DNA from: a virus
Lineage: Duplodnaviria > Caudoviricetes
Direction: 5' to 3' (one strand)
Length of the DNA stretch: 55,979 nt
Virus record (IMG/VR): IMGVR_UViG_3300032421_000002
Coordinates: 1-55,979 of that record
Made by a program: the position numbers and the translations under genes. This document shows, piece after piece, positions 17,231 through 26,330 of the stretch. Every line of letters begins with the position of its first letter. Position 1 is the stretch's first letter. Under the pieces are notes generated by a model, which did no database searches, was not told the origin of the DNA, and was given only the letters and a program-made list of their open reading frames with translations.

Positions 17231-19411
17231 TCACCCCTTCTCGTAGCGCTTTGTCGTGAACCCTGCCGCGGCAAGCGGCAAGCCCTGATTCCATCCTAGA
17301 TCACTGCAAAGGAGTGTAGCAAGTGCTTCGTGCGAATACTCGTCGGTGTCAGGCGTTTCCGTGACGAGTTCGTCATGCACGCCAAAGATCGTTTCGTACC
17401 CGGCCGCCTCCGCGAGCGGCATGCACCCTGCCAGCTGATCGCGAGCCACGGCTTGCGTGACGTTCTCGAACAGCTTGCCTCCGTAGGTCTTCGTCGGGCC
17501 CCATTGCTTCGTGTAGGGGTTGAGTCCGATGAAGCTGATCTTGTCGCTCTTGTCGATCGTCGGTGAAAAGTAGCACAGAGCGCGGCCGCTCGGTAGCCCG
17601 ATACGAAGCCATGAGCCATCGCGTCGCACCTTGAGCTTGCGCGCCTGCATCGTGATGCCGGGTGACGCAATCGCGGCGCGCACGGTGTTCTCCAGTTCCT
17701 TCCAGTAGGACGAAATAGCGGGGTGCGCTTTGCGCCACAAGCGTTTGATCGCGTCGCAGGCGATGAAGGTCTTTTCGGAGAGCCCGTAGCGCGCCTTGAG
17801 CTTCGCGGCCTCTGGGTCTTTCGCCCCCGGGGGGATCACGTCGTACAGCCATTGCAGAAAGTCGGCGGCCTCTTCTTTCTCGGTCTCCGGTAGCACATCC
17901 CACACGGCTTCGGTCATGGCCGCGAGATCGATACCGTAGGTCGCGGCCCCGGTGATCCACGCGCCAACGCCGCCTTGGTACTGGAACATCAGTTCCTCGA
18001 CCTTGCCGATCTGGCGCTGTTCCTTGTTCACGTCATCAGGGCTGACGTTGAACGACTTCCCGTAGGAGAGCTTGTAGAGGTCGGGGCCTTCGCCTGCGTC
18101 GAAGTCACGGAACGCTTGCAGCTTCCAGTCCTCGCCGGCGAGCCAAGCCGCGACCCGGCCCTCGATGTTCGCCAAGTCGGCGATCGGCAGTTTCTTGCCC
18201 GGCGGCGCGATGATGGCGCCGCGCACAGCTGCGCCGGCGAGTGCGCGCACGTTGCCGTGCGTCAAGTCTTCCGCGCCCGCGAGCATCGCCTCGATGCCCA
18301 CGGTGATGTACTCGTGGATATGGTGATCCTTTACCGCGACCTTCGCGATGCCGTGCCACTGCGCGATGACATCGATCGGTGGGCGCATGAGGTTGCCCGG
18401 CTGGAACATGCGGTGGGCCCAACGGCCGGTGCGGCTCGCGCCGCAAAATTGCTGGAGACCGCGCAGCCGGCCGTCGCGACTCACGCCGTTGAGCAACGCC
18501 GTGTACTTCGATGCGCTGTTCATGGACGCCTGGAGCCGGATCGCGAGCAGGTCGCGCACGCTCTGGGGCAGATCCGGGTCGTTCATGCGCCGCTCAAGCG
18601 TGTCGGCCTTCATGTCGGGCAGCGTCACGCCGTGTGCGTCGAGCACGTAGGCCAGCAGCGCGTCGCGCTGCGTGGTGCTCGCGACTGCGCCCTCGGTGAT
18701 CTCGGTCGTTCGGTCCGCGAGCTTGTCGAGCGATGACTTGGCCGCGCGCACCGCGGCGCGGGCGAGATCCTGATCGACGAAGGCGCCGCGGGCATTGATC
18801 TTGAGATCGAGGTGCCACAGTGCGAGCTCGGCGCCCTTGTAGTTCCACATCGGCACGCGGCGGTGCACCTCGCGCATTGCCTCGATGTCCTGGCCGGCGT
18901 AAGCGACAAACTCGGCCCACTCCGCGGGGTGCGTCTTCACGGTCGCGCGCCGCGTGCCGTATTTCTTGAAGAACGCATCATTCTGCGGCTTGCAAAATAG
19001 GTGGATCAGGTTGCGGCCGCCGGCTGATTTGCGCTTGCCTTGGTCGAGGCGCAGCACTTCGCCGAGTGTGCCCAGCGCGCCGGGCAAGCCGTGGCAGTAG
19101 GCTTGCACCATCGTGTCGCGGCGTCGATGCATCGGGATGCGCGCGGCCACGTCGGGCATCGCGTGCTCCAACACCACAAGGTCGAAGGCGCCGCCGTTGT
19201 GGAACCAGATCAAGCACTCGGGGTCATCGATCGATTCGTCGAGCGCCGTGGGCATGCGCTTGCCGCTCGTGATGTCCCACACGTCGGTCGCGCCGTCGTC
19301 GATCGCGTAGGCCCAGATCATCACCTCGGCCTCTTCGGCGTATCGGTGCGTGCCGTGGGTGATCGGGACCGGAGAGAAGGTCTCCAGATCGGAGAAGTTG
19401 TCACGCACCAC
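17231..19411 (-). CDS. DNA polymerase, family A (APSE/BPP-1-like)
   Basis: Exonuclease 'DLET', 'HN..FD'; 'TGRW'; motif A 'DLANIEGR'; motif B 'RQIGKVEEL...Y'; motif C 'VHDE'. Confidence 0.95.
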   Translation of the reverse strand: MVRDNFSDLETFSPVPITHGTHRYAEEAEVMIWAYAIDDGATDVWDITSGKRMPTALDESIDDPECLIWFHNGGAFDLVVLEHAMPDVAARIPMHRRRDTMVQAYCHGLPGALGTLGEVLRLDQGKRKSAGGRNLIHLFCKPQNDAFFKKYGTRRATVKTHPAEWAEFVAYAGQDIEAMREVHRRVPMWNYKGAELALWHLDLKINARGAFVDQDLARAAVRAAKSSLDKLADRTTEITEGAVASTTQRDALLAYVLDAHGVTLPDMKADTLERRMNDPDLPQSVRDLLAIRLQASMNSASKYTALLNGVSRDGRLRGLQQFCGASRTGRWAHRMFQPGNLMRPPIDVIAQWHGIAKVAVKDHHIHEYITVGIEAMLAGAEDLTHGNVRALAGAAVRGAIIAPPGKKLPIADLANIEGRVAAWLAGEDWKLQAFRDFDAGEGPDLYKLSYGKSFNVSPDDVNKEQRQIGKVEELMFQYQGGVGAWITGAATYGIDLAAMTEAVWDVLPETEKEEAADFLQWLYDVIPPGAKDPEAAKLKARYGLSEKTFIACDAIKRLWRKAHPAISSYWKELENTVRAAIASPGITMQARKLKVRRDGSWLRIGLPSGRALCYFSPTIDKSDKISFIGLNPYTKQWGPTKTYGGKLFENVTQAVARDQLAGCMPLAEAAGYETIFGVHDELVTETPDTDEYSHEALATLLCSDLGWNQGLPLAAAGFTTKRYEKG

Positions 19412-19724
19412 GCAGCTCCAGCTCCACGATCTCCATGTCGCCGCGTGTGCGCGGCACTGGCGGCGCGTTGACTGTCATTTCGTCGTAGCCCTCGGGGCCG
19501 TCGAAGCTGTAGCTCGTGCCTTGGTCACGTTTCCACTTGCCCTGCAACCACATCGTTAGCGCATTGCGCGCTGATTGCAGCGTGAAGAACAGTCGCGGGT
19601 TCGCGTCATGCGGCTTGTCTAGTTCGTCGCCCGGGATCCAGTGGGACCATCCGCCGGGGGTGCGATTCAGCCTGTGTGGCATCCACTCCCCGGTAGGCTT
19701 GTGACGGATCGCGAAGACCTTCAT
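19401..19724 (-). CDS. Hypothetical protein
   Basis: AGGAGG SD; MKVFAIRHKPTGEWMP... Confidence 0.65.
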   Translation of the reverse strand: MKVFAIRHKPTGEWMPHRLNRTPGGWSHWIPGDELDKPHDANPRLFFTLQSARNALTMWLQGKWKRDQGTSYSFDGPEGYDEMTVNAPPVPRTRGDMEIVELELRGA

Positions 19725-19741
19725 TGTGTGACCCTCCTGCA

Positions 19742-19895
19742 TTTTGGTGAGCGCCAGAGGGAAAGAAACCCCGTGAAGGAGGGCACCGACTGCTCGCGCG
19801 AGCCGGCCTCTGGCGCTCACCAAAACAGACCGTTTTGCGCTGGCTGGTCAGGCCACCAAGCTACCCGCAGGGCTGCGCTACGTCTTGGGCCGCTC
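19742..19895 (-). ncRNA. Structured intergenic RNA element
   Basis: Perfect 19-bp inverted repeat 19742-19760/19807-19825 enclosing sub-hairpins, plus a second folded domain. Confidence 0.5.
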
Positions 19896-19901
19896 TTTCG
19901 G

Positions 19902-20543
19902 TCAGCTCAAGTCATCGGCATCGCTGCCGTCCGCCACTTCGCCGAACGCCTCGGTCACCGGCGCGGTGGCGCCGCTGAACGCATCGCCGTCCTTCAGGCG
20001 CTGGATCACCATGAGCGTCGCGCGCAGGCCTTTGCCGGCCTTGTTGTCCTGCGCCCAGAGCTCGACTTGCGCGTTCACGTACATGCCCGAGTAAATGCGG
20101 CCGGCCTTGCCCGACAGCAGCGCGCCGGTGGCGCGATCGTAGACCGGCGACAGGTCCGTGTCGATCACGATCGGGCGTTGCTGATCCTCGGTGCGGTGCG
20201 AGGCCAAGATCCACACGCCTTCCACGTCCTTGCGAACGCCGTCTTGCCAGCAGCACCCCTTGGGGTCGGGCAGGATGTTGGCGAGGTGCATCTTGGCCTT
20301 GTCGTTCCACTTCTCCGCGGCGACCTTGACCAGTGCGTCATCGATGAACTTCTTCGCGGGCATCGGCGAGCCGACAACCTTCTTATCGATCACGAACTGC
20401 GCGAGGCTCTGCGGGCCGATGTGGAACGATGCGGACCAGCGCCGCTTGTCGTTCTCGCGCTGCTTCTGGCCCTGGAAGTATTCCGGGGCGTCGAGCTTGG
20501 GGTAAGAGAGGCGAACGTCTTTCAAGAGGACAACGAGACCCAT
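19902..20543 (-). CDS. ssDNA-binding protein (DUF2815, gp2.5-like)
   Basis: 'VRLSYP', 'IYSGMYVNA', 'DGDAFSG', acidic C-terminal tail; lies between the nuclease and PolA. Confidence 0.88.
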   Translation of the reverse strand: MGLVVLLKDVRLSYPKLDAPEYFQGQKQRENDKRRWSASFHIGPQSLAQFVIDKKVVGSPMPAKKFIDDALVKVAAEKWNDKAKMHLANILPDPKGCCWQDGVRKDVEGVWILASHRTEDQQRPIVIDTDLSPVYDRATGALLSGKAGRIYSGMYVNAQVELWAQDNKAGKGLRATLMVIQRLKDGDAFSGATAPVTEAFGEVADGSDADDLS

Positions 20544-20576
20544 GGCGGGTTTTCCTTTCGGGGTTGTGCAAACGGC

Positions 20577-20861
20577 TTACGGCTTGCGGGGTGGGGGAAC
20601 GAGGGATTGAATGGGCGGGAGCGGGGAGAGCATCGCGGTCTCGATGAGCTGATCCATACAGCGCTCATAGCCCTTAAGGGCTTCATAGGCAAGCCACGTC
20701 ATCGTGTCTTCGCCTGACAGTCCTTGCTGCTCTGCGGCGACGAGAACGTTGCGCACGAGCGGCGGGGATAGCGAGAGCTTGCCGTCCTCGGTGAGACGTT
20801 CGCCACGGAACGCCGCGTTCGTGATCGCCTTGCGCATCTCGCACACTTCAGTGGGGGTCAT
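20577..20861 (-). CDS. Hypothetical protein
   Basis: MTPTEVCEMRKAIT...; fills the gap in the operon. Confidence 0.6.
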   Translation of the reverse strand: MTPTEVCEMRKAITNAAFRGERLTEDGKLSLSPPLVRNVLVAAEQQGLSGEDTMTWLAYEALKGYERCMDQLIETAMLSPLPPIQSLVPPPRKP

Positions 20862-20869
20862 TGGCGGAC

Positions 20870-21181
20870 CTAGAAACTGGACGGTTGAGCGACGGCGCGC
20901 GTAAGCGCCATCAGCCCCTCTTGGAAGTGCGTGCGCCCGATCGCGGCCCAGCGCCGGGGCTGGGCTCGATCGATCCGCTTGATCTCCTCGGGCAGATCGA
21001 ATGGGCTGTCGTCTTTGCTCGTGTCCTTGGCGGCCAGATATTGATCCGTCAGGTGGTCGTCGACCTTCGCCAACAGTGCTTCGATCTCGGCGCCCTTGGC
21101 CTTGATCTCGTTTATCAGCGCTGCCTCGGCTTCGCTCAGTTGGCGGTAGCCCGTGATCTTGGGTTGGGTGAAGGTTTCCAT
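20870..21181 (-). CDS. acb2: Anti-CBASS cyclic-oligonucleotide sponge Acb2 (T4 Vs.4 family)
   Basis: 'KITGYRQLS..E..LINEIK' and 'RWAAIGRTHFQEGLMALTRAVAQP'; Y-x14-K and R-x6-T spacings match Acb2 ligand residues. Confidence 0.88.
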   Translation of the reverse strand: METFTQPKITGYRQLSEAEAALINEIKAKGAEIEALLAKVDDHLTDQYLAAKDTSKDDSPFDLPEEIKRIDRAQPRRWAAIGRTHFQEGLMALTRAVAQPSSF

Positions 21182-22488
21182 TACGCGAGGTTCTCCTGCT
21201 CATTAGGCTCAACTGCGAACCCGGCTGTTGACAGCTCGGGCGGGGTGTACGGTTTCTTGATCTGGGCCGCGGGCTTCACGCTGGGCTTAGCCGGCGAGCG
21301 GCTGATCAGCGGCTGCAACTTCGTCCACTGCTTGCCGCCGAGCGCGGCCTTGCCCTCGGGCGTGTCCTTCGTCATCTTCTCGACGCTGGTCGGGCTCTTC
21401 AGGCTCAAGTCGAACGTGTCCTCGATCTTGAGGCGGAATGTCTTGCGCATCAGGTCGGTGACGGCCTGCTCATCGCTCCACTTGCGCGGGCCCTCGCGGC
21501 CGAGCTCCAAGCCCCACCCTTGTACCGATTGGCCGGCGAGCAGGCGCCGCTCGACTTCGGCGCGCACTGCCTTGATCCAGTCCTCGATCATGCCGGTGGC
21601 GGCCATCGCTTCCGCGAGTTCATCCGCCGCGGCAGGGACGCGCACGGTAGCCTCTTCGTTGATGACGGTGAAGCTGCCCGCAAAGCTCTCCACTTTTCGC
21701 TTCATCGCTGGGCACGTCGCCATCGCGCGGCAGAAGCGGCAATCCTCTTCGTTCGGGTCCGGGTGCAGGTAGACCTGCGCCCATTCATCTTCCGTTGCGA
21801 ATGCCTGACTATTGCGCGTGCGCTCGGCCTCTTCGACCTTCGCCGCGCGCGCCTTCGCGAAGTCCGCGAACACGAGCAGGCCCTCGACGCTGATCGTCCA
21901 CTCGCTCAAGCCCTCATGCTTCGGCTGATAGATGCCGATGCGGACTTGGCGGATGTCGTAGGCCATCTCCAGCTCGGCGTAAGCGCCGAGAGCGTAGAGC
22001 ATGCCCTGACTGTTGTTCTCGGGGCTGACGCGCACCCATCCGGTCTTGAGGTCGATCACGAACAGCTCATAGCCGCCGGTATCGAGTGGGATCAGGATGA
22101 TGCAGTCCGCGGTGCCGAACTGCCCCGGAACGCCGATGTACTCGCTGAAATCGACGCGGTGCTCGATCAGCATCAGGTTGCCGATGCCCAGCGCGCGCAC
22201 GGTGTCGACATAGCCCTGCGTGAGCTCGGCCATCACTTCCGTGAACTTAACCGTGCGGGTCAGTTCGCCCGGGGCGTGCACCGGCACCAGCGTGCCGATG
22301 GCCTTCGTGGCACGCCAGTGCTCGGTGAGGCACATTTTCGCGACCGCGTGCATTGCGGTGCCGTCGTCGCTGGCCTCGTTCGCGGTGTTCGGGAACGCGG
22401 ATTCGAGCGCGATGCGGCCGGCGCACTTGAGCCAGCCTTTGCTGGCGCTGGGGCTCAGCCGCGCATGCGCGTCTTGGTGTTCGGTCAT
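21181..22488 (-). CDS. DUF2800 Cas4-like PD-(D/E)XK exonuclease
   Basis: 'HARLSPS...W..C', 'GT..H', 'FGTAD', 'IDLKTG', 'Q..LYALG', 'CRFC.....C'. Confidence 0.9.
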   Translation of the reverse strand: MTEHQDAHARLSPSASKGWLKCAGRIALESAFPNTANEASDDGTAMHAVAKMCLTEHWRATKAIGTLVPVHAPGELTRTVKFTEVMAELTQGYVDTVRALGIGNLMLIEHRVDFSEYIGVPGQFGTADCIILIPLDTGGYELFVIDLKTGWVRVSPENNSQGMLYALGAYAELEMAYDIRQVRIGIYQPKHEGLSEWTISVEGLLVFADFAKARAAKVEEAERTRNSQAFATEDEWAQVYLHPDPNEEDCRFCRAMATCPAMKRKVESFAGSFTVINEEATVRVPAAADELAEAMAATGMIEDWIKAVRAEVERRLLAGQSVQGWGLELGREGPRKWSDEQAVTDLMRKTFRLKIEDTFDLSLKSPTSVEKMTKDTPEGKAALGGKQWTKLQPLISRSPAKPSVKPAAQIKKPYTPPELSTAGFAVEPNEQENLA

Positions 22489-22703
22489 TCGAGTTCTTCC
22501 CCTTCGACGAAGATCGCCGAACCGTGGATGTCTTGGATGGCTTCGCAGCCCTTGATCGCGGCGGCCTTGCGCTTGTACGCCTCGCCGCTGTCCGCGATCA
22601 CGCGGCCATTGCGCGCGAAGAGGCGCCAGCGCCAACCGTCCTTGGCGCGGTACACGCTGAAGACATGCGGGAACCGCGACTTGGGGCGACGTGGTTTGCT
22701 CAT
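22485..22703 (-). CDS. DUF1508/YegP-like protein
   Basis: 'WRWRL.ARNG..IADSGE.Y'. Confidence 0.8.
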   Translation of the reverse strand: MSKPRRPKSRFPHVFSVYRAKDGWRWRLFARNGRVIADSGEAYKRKAAAIKGCEAIQDIHGSAIFVEGEELE

Positions 22704-22846
22704 CTCGGGATTCCCTCCAGAGGGTGCAGATACGAGCGCAGGCTCAGATGGAACGCGAAGAGGCCACAGCATATGCGCCGGTGGTGATCGGCCGGGCTGA
22801 GAAGCCCGGCCGTCGTCAGCGCGGCCGCGAGCGGCGTCAGGTTCAC
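22700..22846 (-). CDS. Small hypothetical protein (48 aa), not in the ORF track
   Basis: GTGA overlap at the start and ATGA overlap at the end; open frame between. Confidence 0.45.
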   Translation of the reverse strand: MNLTPLAAALTTAGLLSPADHHRRICCGLFAFHLSLRSYLHPLEGIPR

Positions 22847-23286
22847 GACATCGATTCAGTGGCAGCGGCCGCCGCGTCGTCGAGCACCTTGACGAGCGCC
22901 GGACGATCCTCGGGCTTCACGTCCTGGCCGGTCTTCACGGGCGTGCCGTACTTCTCGGCGAGCGTGGCAAAGAACGCCTTGATCGCGACGCGGTTCGCGG
23001 CGTTGTTCGGGTTGCTCACGGCCACCATCTCGGCGATGCGCTGACCGATCGGTGCGTAGGGCAGCTCAGTGGATTCGGAGGGCGGGATCTCGGGCGCAGC
23101 GGGAGCGGGGGCCGGCGCCGGGGCGGCAGAAGGCGACGAAGCCGCAGGGGGCGCCGTCTTCGCAGACTTTGGGGTCTTGGGAGCCTCCGCGGCGGGCGCC
23201 GGCGCGGTGGCGGGAGCTGCGCTCTTCGTCAGGTACGCGATCGCTTCGTCCATGCTGGCGAAAGTGAGCTTGATCTCGACGGTCAT
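22843..23286 (-). CDS. Ala/Pro-rich hypothetical protein
   Basis: Usual position upstream of DUF2800 in this type of replication module. Confidence 0.7.
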   Translation of the reverse strand: MTVEIKLTFASMDEAIAYLTKSAAPATAPAPAAEAPKTPKSAKTAPPAASSPSAAPAPAPAPAAPEIPPSESTELPYAPIGQRIAEMVAVSNPNNAANRVAIKAFFATLAEKYGTPVKTGQDVKPEDRPALVKVLDDAAAAATESMS

Positions 23287-23501
23287 GTGTTGCCTTTCTG
23301 TTTGGCGGTGAGGAATTCGATGGAGCTGACGAGCGCGGCGCGTTCCATGCGCAGATCGCCGAGAAACCAGCGCAGCGAACGCGCGTCATCATCGCGGTGC
23401 GCGAGCATCGCGTCGGCGTAATCTTCGGTGGAGTCCGCGATCTCGCGGTCGAGAAGGCGCAGCTTGAAGCGCGCGGCCCAGAGGCGCAGGGAGGTGATCA
23501 T
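23283..23501 (-). CDS. Hypothetical protein
   Basis: ATGA coupled at both ends. Confidence 0.6.
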   Translation of the reverse strand: MITSLRLWAARFKLRLLDREIADSTEDYADAMLAHRDDDARSLRWFLGDLRMERAALVSSIEFLTAKQKGNT

Positions 23502-23659
23502 TGCGCAATCCCGAGCGCAGCCTTCAAGTCGCCCCGGAGGATGTCAGCATGGATGCCTTCGCTCAGGCTGTCGCGGCCGGAGGCCTCGCGGATCTTCTCG
23601 TCGATGCGGGCATCGATGTACTCCAGCAACGCGGACAGTTGTTCCTCGGTCATCGGCAT
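23498..23659 (-). CDS. Hypothetical protein, first gene of the leftward operon
   Basis: MPMTEEQLSALLEYID...; downstream of the promoter at 23694-23722. Confidence 0.6.
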   Translation of the reverse strand: MPMTEEQLSALLEYIDARIDEKIREASGRDSLSEGIHADILRGDLKAALGIAQ

Positions 23660-23693
23660 ACGGTTCTCGGCTTTCGGCGTGTTGTGGGTCGGC

Positions 23694-23722
23694 AGACTAA
23701 CTGCCGTAGCAAATGCTGTCAA
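23694..23722 (-). promoter_or_regulatory. Sigma70 promoter for the leftward replication operon, overlapped by an operator
   Basis: TTGACA-17-TAGTCT; spacer contains AGCATTTGCTA. Confidence 0.75.
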
Positions 23723-23931
23723 GCGTTTTTGGGGACTGCGGGACAGGAAGCTCCCCGCATGGTGACTAGCCTTCGGATCTGTGCCTCGCTCACGTAGTCC
23801 GCGTCTAGCCCCGCAGCCTGCAAAAACGCTCGAAAAAGAAGCCCGAGACCGAAGCCCCGGGCTTTCGCTGGCAACTGCTTACCTGCGGCGCCGGGGGAAG
23901 GAAAGGAGGGAGGGAACTGCACCCGGCGCGC

Positions 23932-23961
23932 TTGCAGTATGCATAGAGCGAATGCTACAGT
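23932..23961 (+). promoter_or_regulatory. Promoter of the Cro-like gene (extended -10, probably leaderless), with operator
   Basis: TTGCAG-18-TACAGT with TGn extension; AGCGAATGCTA at 23947-23957; ATG 8 nt after the -10, no SD. Confidence 0.6.
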
Positions 23962-23969
23962 CAACGTCC

Positions 23970-24233
23970 ATGAACACGAAATTGAAGCGATTCATGCACG
24001 CGCTTACTGGCGAACAGCAAGAGCGTTTTGCGCGGTTGGCGGGCACTTCCGTGGGCACGATCCGGCACTACGTGACAGGCAGACGCACGCCGTCGAGCTC
24101 GGCCGCGATTGCGATGGAGAAAGCCGCGATTCGCATGAACGTCGGAGGCGCGCCGGTGCTTGGGCGCCGCGACTTGTCGCCCGCGTGCAAAACCTGCGAG
24201 TACGCGAAGGCGTGCACGGAAAGACTGGACTGA
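23970..24233 (+). CDS. Cro/XRE-like HTH transcriptional regulator
   Basis: 'QERFARLAGTSVGTIRHYVTGRRTPS', C-terminal CxxC; divergent from the replication operon. Confidence 0.8.
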   Translation: MNTKLKRFMHALTGEQQERFARLAGTSVGTIRHYVTGRRTPSSSAAIAMEKAAIRMNVGGAPVLGRRDLSPACKTCEYAKACTERLD

Positions 24234-24246
24234 AGGGAACCCCGCA

Positions 24247-24594
24247 ATGGCAACTGACCCTCTATCCATGAGCGCTGCGCCTGTTCTGAGCGATGAGGAG
24301 CAAGCCTACGATGAAGTGATCGCGCCAAAGCTGCTGGAGCTTGCACACCTGTGCCGCGACCACGGCATGCAGTTCGTCGCCGTCGTCGAGTACGAAACCG
24401 GAAGCGTGGGCCTCACTGAGCAATCGAACCTCGAGATCGCAGGTCCGCAGTTCCGCCTCGCTGCCTACGGGGCGCGCTGCAACGGCAATGCCGATGCGCT
24501 AATCACGGCGCTGCTGAAAGACGACAAGAAGCACGCCGTTGATGGCGTCTCTAAGTCGTTCTACCTTCATCGCCTTGCCAAAGAGCAGGAGTGA
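24247..24594 (+). CDS. Hypothetical protein
   Basis: 'EEQAYDEVIAPKLLELA..C..HG..FVA.VEY'. Confidence 0.65.
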   Translation: MATDPLSMSAAPVLSDEEQAYDEVIAPKLLELAHLCRDHGMQFVAVVEYETGSVGLTEQSNLEIAGPQFRLAAYGARCNGNADALITALLKDDKKHAVDGVSKSFYLHRLAKEQE

Positions 24595-24597
24595 CCA

Positions 24598-25224
24598 ATG
24601 ACCCAAGACAAGGAGAAGGCGGTAGAGCGAGAGGCGTTCGAGAAGTGGTGGGCGTCGGTTGAAGACGATCACGGCAGCCTCGACGAAATTCCGGCTTGGG
24701 CCGCATGGCAAGCGCGCGCCACCCAGCCCCCAGACCGATCCGTGCGCCACCATTGTTCGCCAGTTTCGGGCCAGCCGAGCCGCATGATTGAGCGCGTCGG
24801 GCGCGATCGTGAATCGGCTATTGCTGCATGGAACCGTCGCGCCACCCAGCCCCCAGCACCAGCAGACCGCGTAGCGCTGGCGGAGGAGGCAATGGCCTGT
24901 ATTTCGCCATTGATCGCAGCTGTAAAGGAGTCGGCTAAAGATGGCCGTGACTATCTCGTAGGCTCGTATGACGTTCAGCTCGCTGCTGCCATCATCCGCC
25001 TCCGCGATGCACCACCAGCAGCGCAGGCAGTGCCGCAGTGCGCATTGCTGGAAGCCGTGGACACGATCCTGGATGAAGCGCCTTGCGACTGTCCGCACAG
25101 CATGCGGTTTGATCGCGGCGACCACATGAGCGGCTGCTACCTGTTCGACCTGAACATTACCAGGGTCAAGATGCTCAGTGCCGCCATCCCGGATGTCTCC
25201 ACCCCACCCGAGGAAAGAAAATGA
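24598..25224 (+). CDS. Mosaic accessory protein with a Lar-like 'AIAAWNRRA' segment
   Basis: AGGAG SD; 'EREAFEKW', 'AWAAWQARA', 'AIAAWNRRA' modules. Confidence 0.65.
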   Translation: MTQDKEKAVEREAFEKWWASVEDDHGSLDEIPAWAAWQARATQPPDRSVRHHCSPVSGQPSRMIERVGRDRESAIAAWNRRATQPPAPADRVALAEEAMACISPLIAAVKESAKDGRDYLVGSYDVQLAAAIIRLRDAPPAAQAVPQCALLEAVDTILDEAPCDCPHSMRFDRGDHMSGCYLFDLNITRVKMLSAAIPDVSTPPEERK

Positions 25225-26297
25225 GCCGCCTCCACGTCCTCAAGACTGACCCTGATGTGTTCCGCGCTGTGGCCGATGGTCGAAAGACATTCGAGATCAG
25301 GCTCAATGACCGTGACTTCCAAGTTGGCGACACACTAGACCTTCAGGAAACTGAGTTTAGCGGCGAGCAAATGCGGGCCGGTGCGCGTCTGGAATACACC
25401 GGCGCACGCGTCATCAAGACGGTATCGCACGTACTGACCGGCTATGGTCTCAAAGAAGGCTGGGTATGCTTGTCATTCGCACCCGCAGGAGCACAAGAGG
25501 CGCCAGCGGGGCAGGAGGCGCAGCCGGTGGCGCACATGCGGACTTGGTTTAAGGAAGGCGAACGGCACGCCCAGCTTGAAGACTGGTGCGACGCAATCGA
25601 CGAACTGGCAGAGGGCGACTATCTACTCTACGCCGCACCCCCACAGGCGCCGGCTGCCGTGCAGGGGGAGCGCGTCCTTTCGGTTGACCGCTCGACGTGG
25701 AAGACGTTGAGCCCGGAAGCGCAAGCGAAGCTGGAGAAGATCACTGGCGCCGAGCATCCCGAGACGCGACGCGCCAAGGCCCAAGCCGCAGAGGATGTGC
25801 GCGATGTGCCGTTGTTCGCCGCCCCACCCCCGCAGGCCGCCCAGCAGGCAGAGGCCGCACCAGCACAGCCCTCTGCCGAATATCTCGGCGAAGTCATGCG
25901 GGTGGCGTCGAGCCTGCGCGCTTCCGGACGCTACCTTGCGGCCGACTTGCTTGACGACTATGCCGCCACCCTCGCACAGCCCTCTGCCACAGCAGGGGAG
26001 GCGTACACGATTGACGTTGTGCGGCAAGCCATCGCCGATGTGCGGCGATCCAATAATATGCCATTGGCGGACCTGATCCCGCTGATGCAGCAGGCGGCCG
26101 ATGCCCTCGCCTCTCCAGCAGAGGCAGCACAGCGGGTGCCGCTGACCAAAAAGCAGATCAAAGAAGCATTAGCCGATGTTTCTGATTTGGCGATGCCATT
26201 CGGCGACTTGATCGAGGCAATTGTTCGCGCTGCAGAGCGCGCCCACGGCATCACATCCGAGCCACCCATGGAGCAGAAGAAGGGCGCACCCATCTAG
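25221..26297 (+). CDS. DUF3850 (ASCH/PUA-like) domain fused to Ead/Ea22-like modules
   Basis: 'HVLK....F.AV..G.KTFEIR.NDRDFQVGD.L.L.E'; 'PVA', 'LYAAP', 'RAAERAHGI'. Confidence 0.75.
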   Translation: MSRLHVLKTDPDVFRAVADGRKTFEIRLNDRDFQVGDTLDLQETEFSGEQMRAGARLEYTGARVIKTVSHVLTGYGLKEGWVCLSFAPAGAQEAPAGQEAQPVAHMRTWFKEGERHAQLEDWCDAIDELAEGDYLLYAAPPQAPAAVQGERVLSVDRSTWKTLSPEAQAKLEKITGAEHPETRRAKAQAAEDVRDVPLFAAPPPQAAQQAEAAPAQPSAEYLGEVMRVASSLRASGRYLAADLLDDYAATLAQPSATAGEAYTIDVVRQAIADVRRSNNMPLADLIPLMQQAADALASPAEAAQRVPLTKKQIKEALADVSDLAMPFGDLIEAIVRAAERAHGITSEPPMEQKKGAPI

Positions 26298-26330
26298 CCA
26301 AGCGGACACAGGCTGTGACACACTGAGCGC

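Noticed and set aside
21181-22488. Cas4 as part of a CRISPR system
   Set aside because: It is the DUF2800 nuclease of the nuclease-SSB-PolA module; there are no other cas genes and no repeat-spacer array.
22790-22811. Terminator hairpin GGCCGGGCT-GAGA-AGCCCGGCC
   Set aside because: No U-tract on either strand, and it lies within a doubly coupled 48-codon ORF in mid-operon.
23720-24233. Lysogeny switch (CI/Cro with integrase and att site)
   Set aside because: Only one short HTH gene is present; no CI with a peptidase domain, integrase or partition genes were recognised anywhere in the genome.
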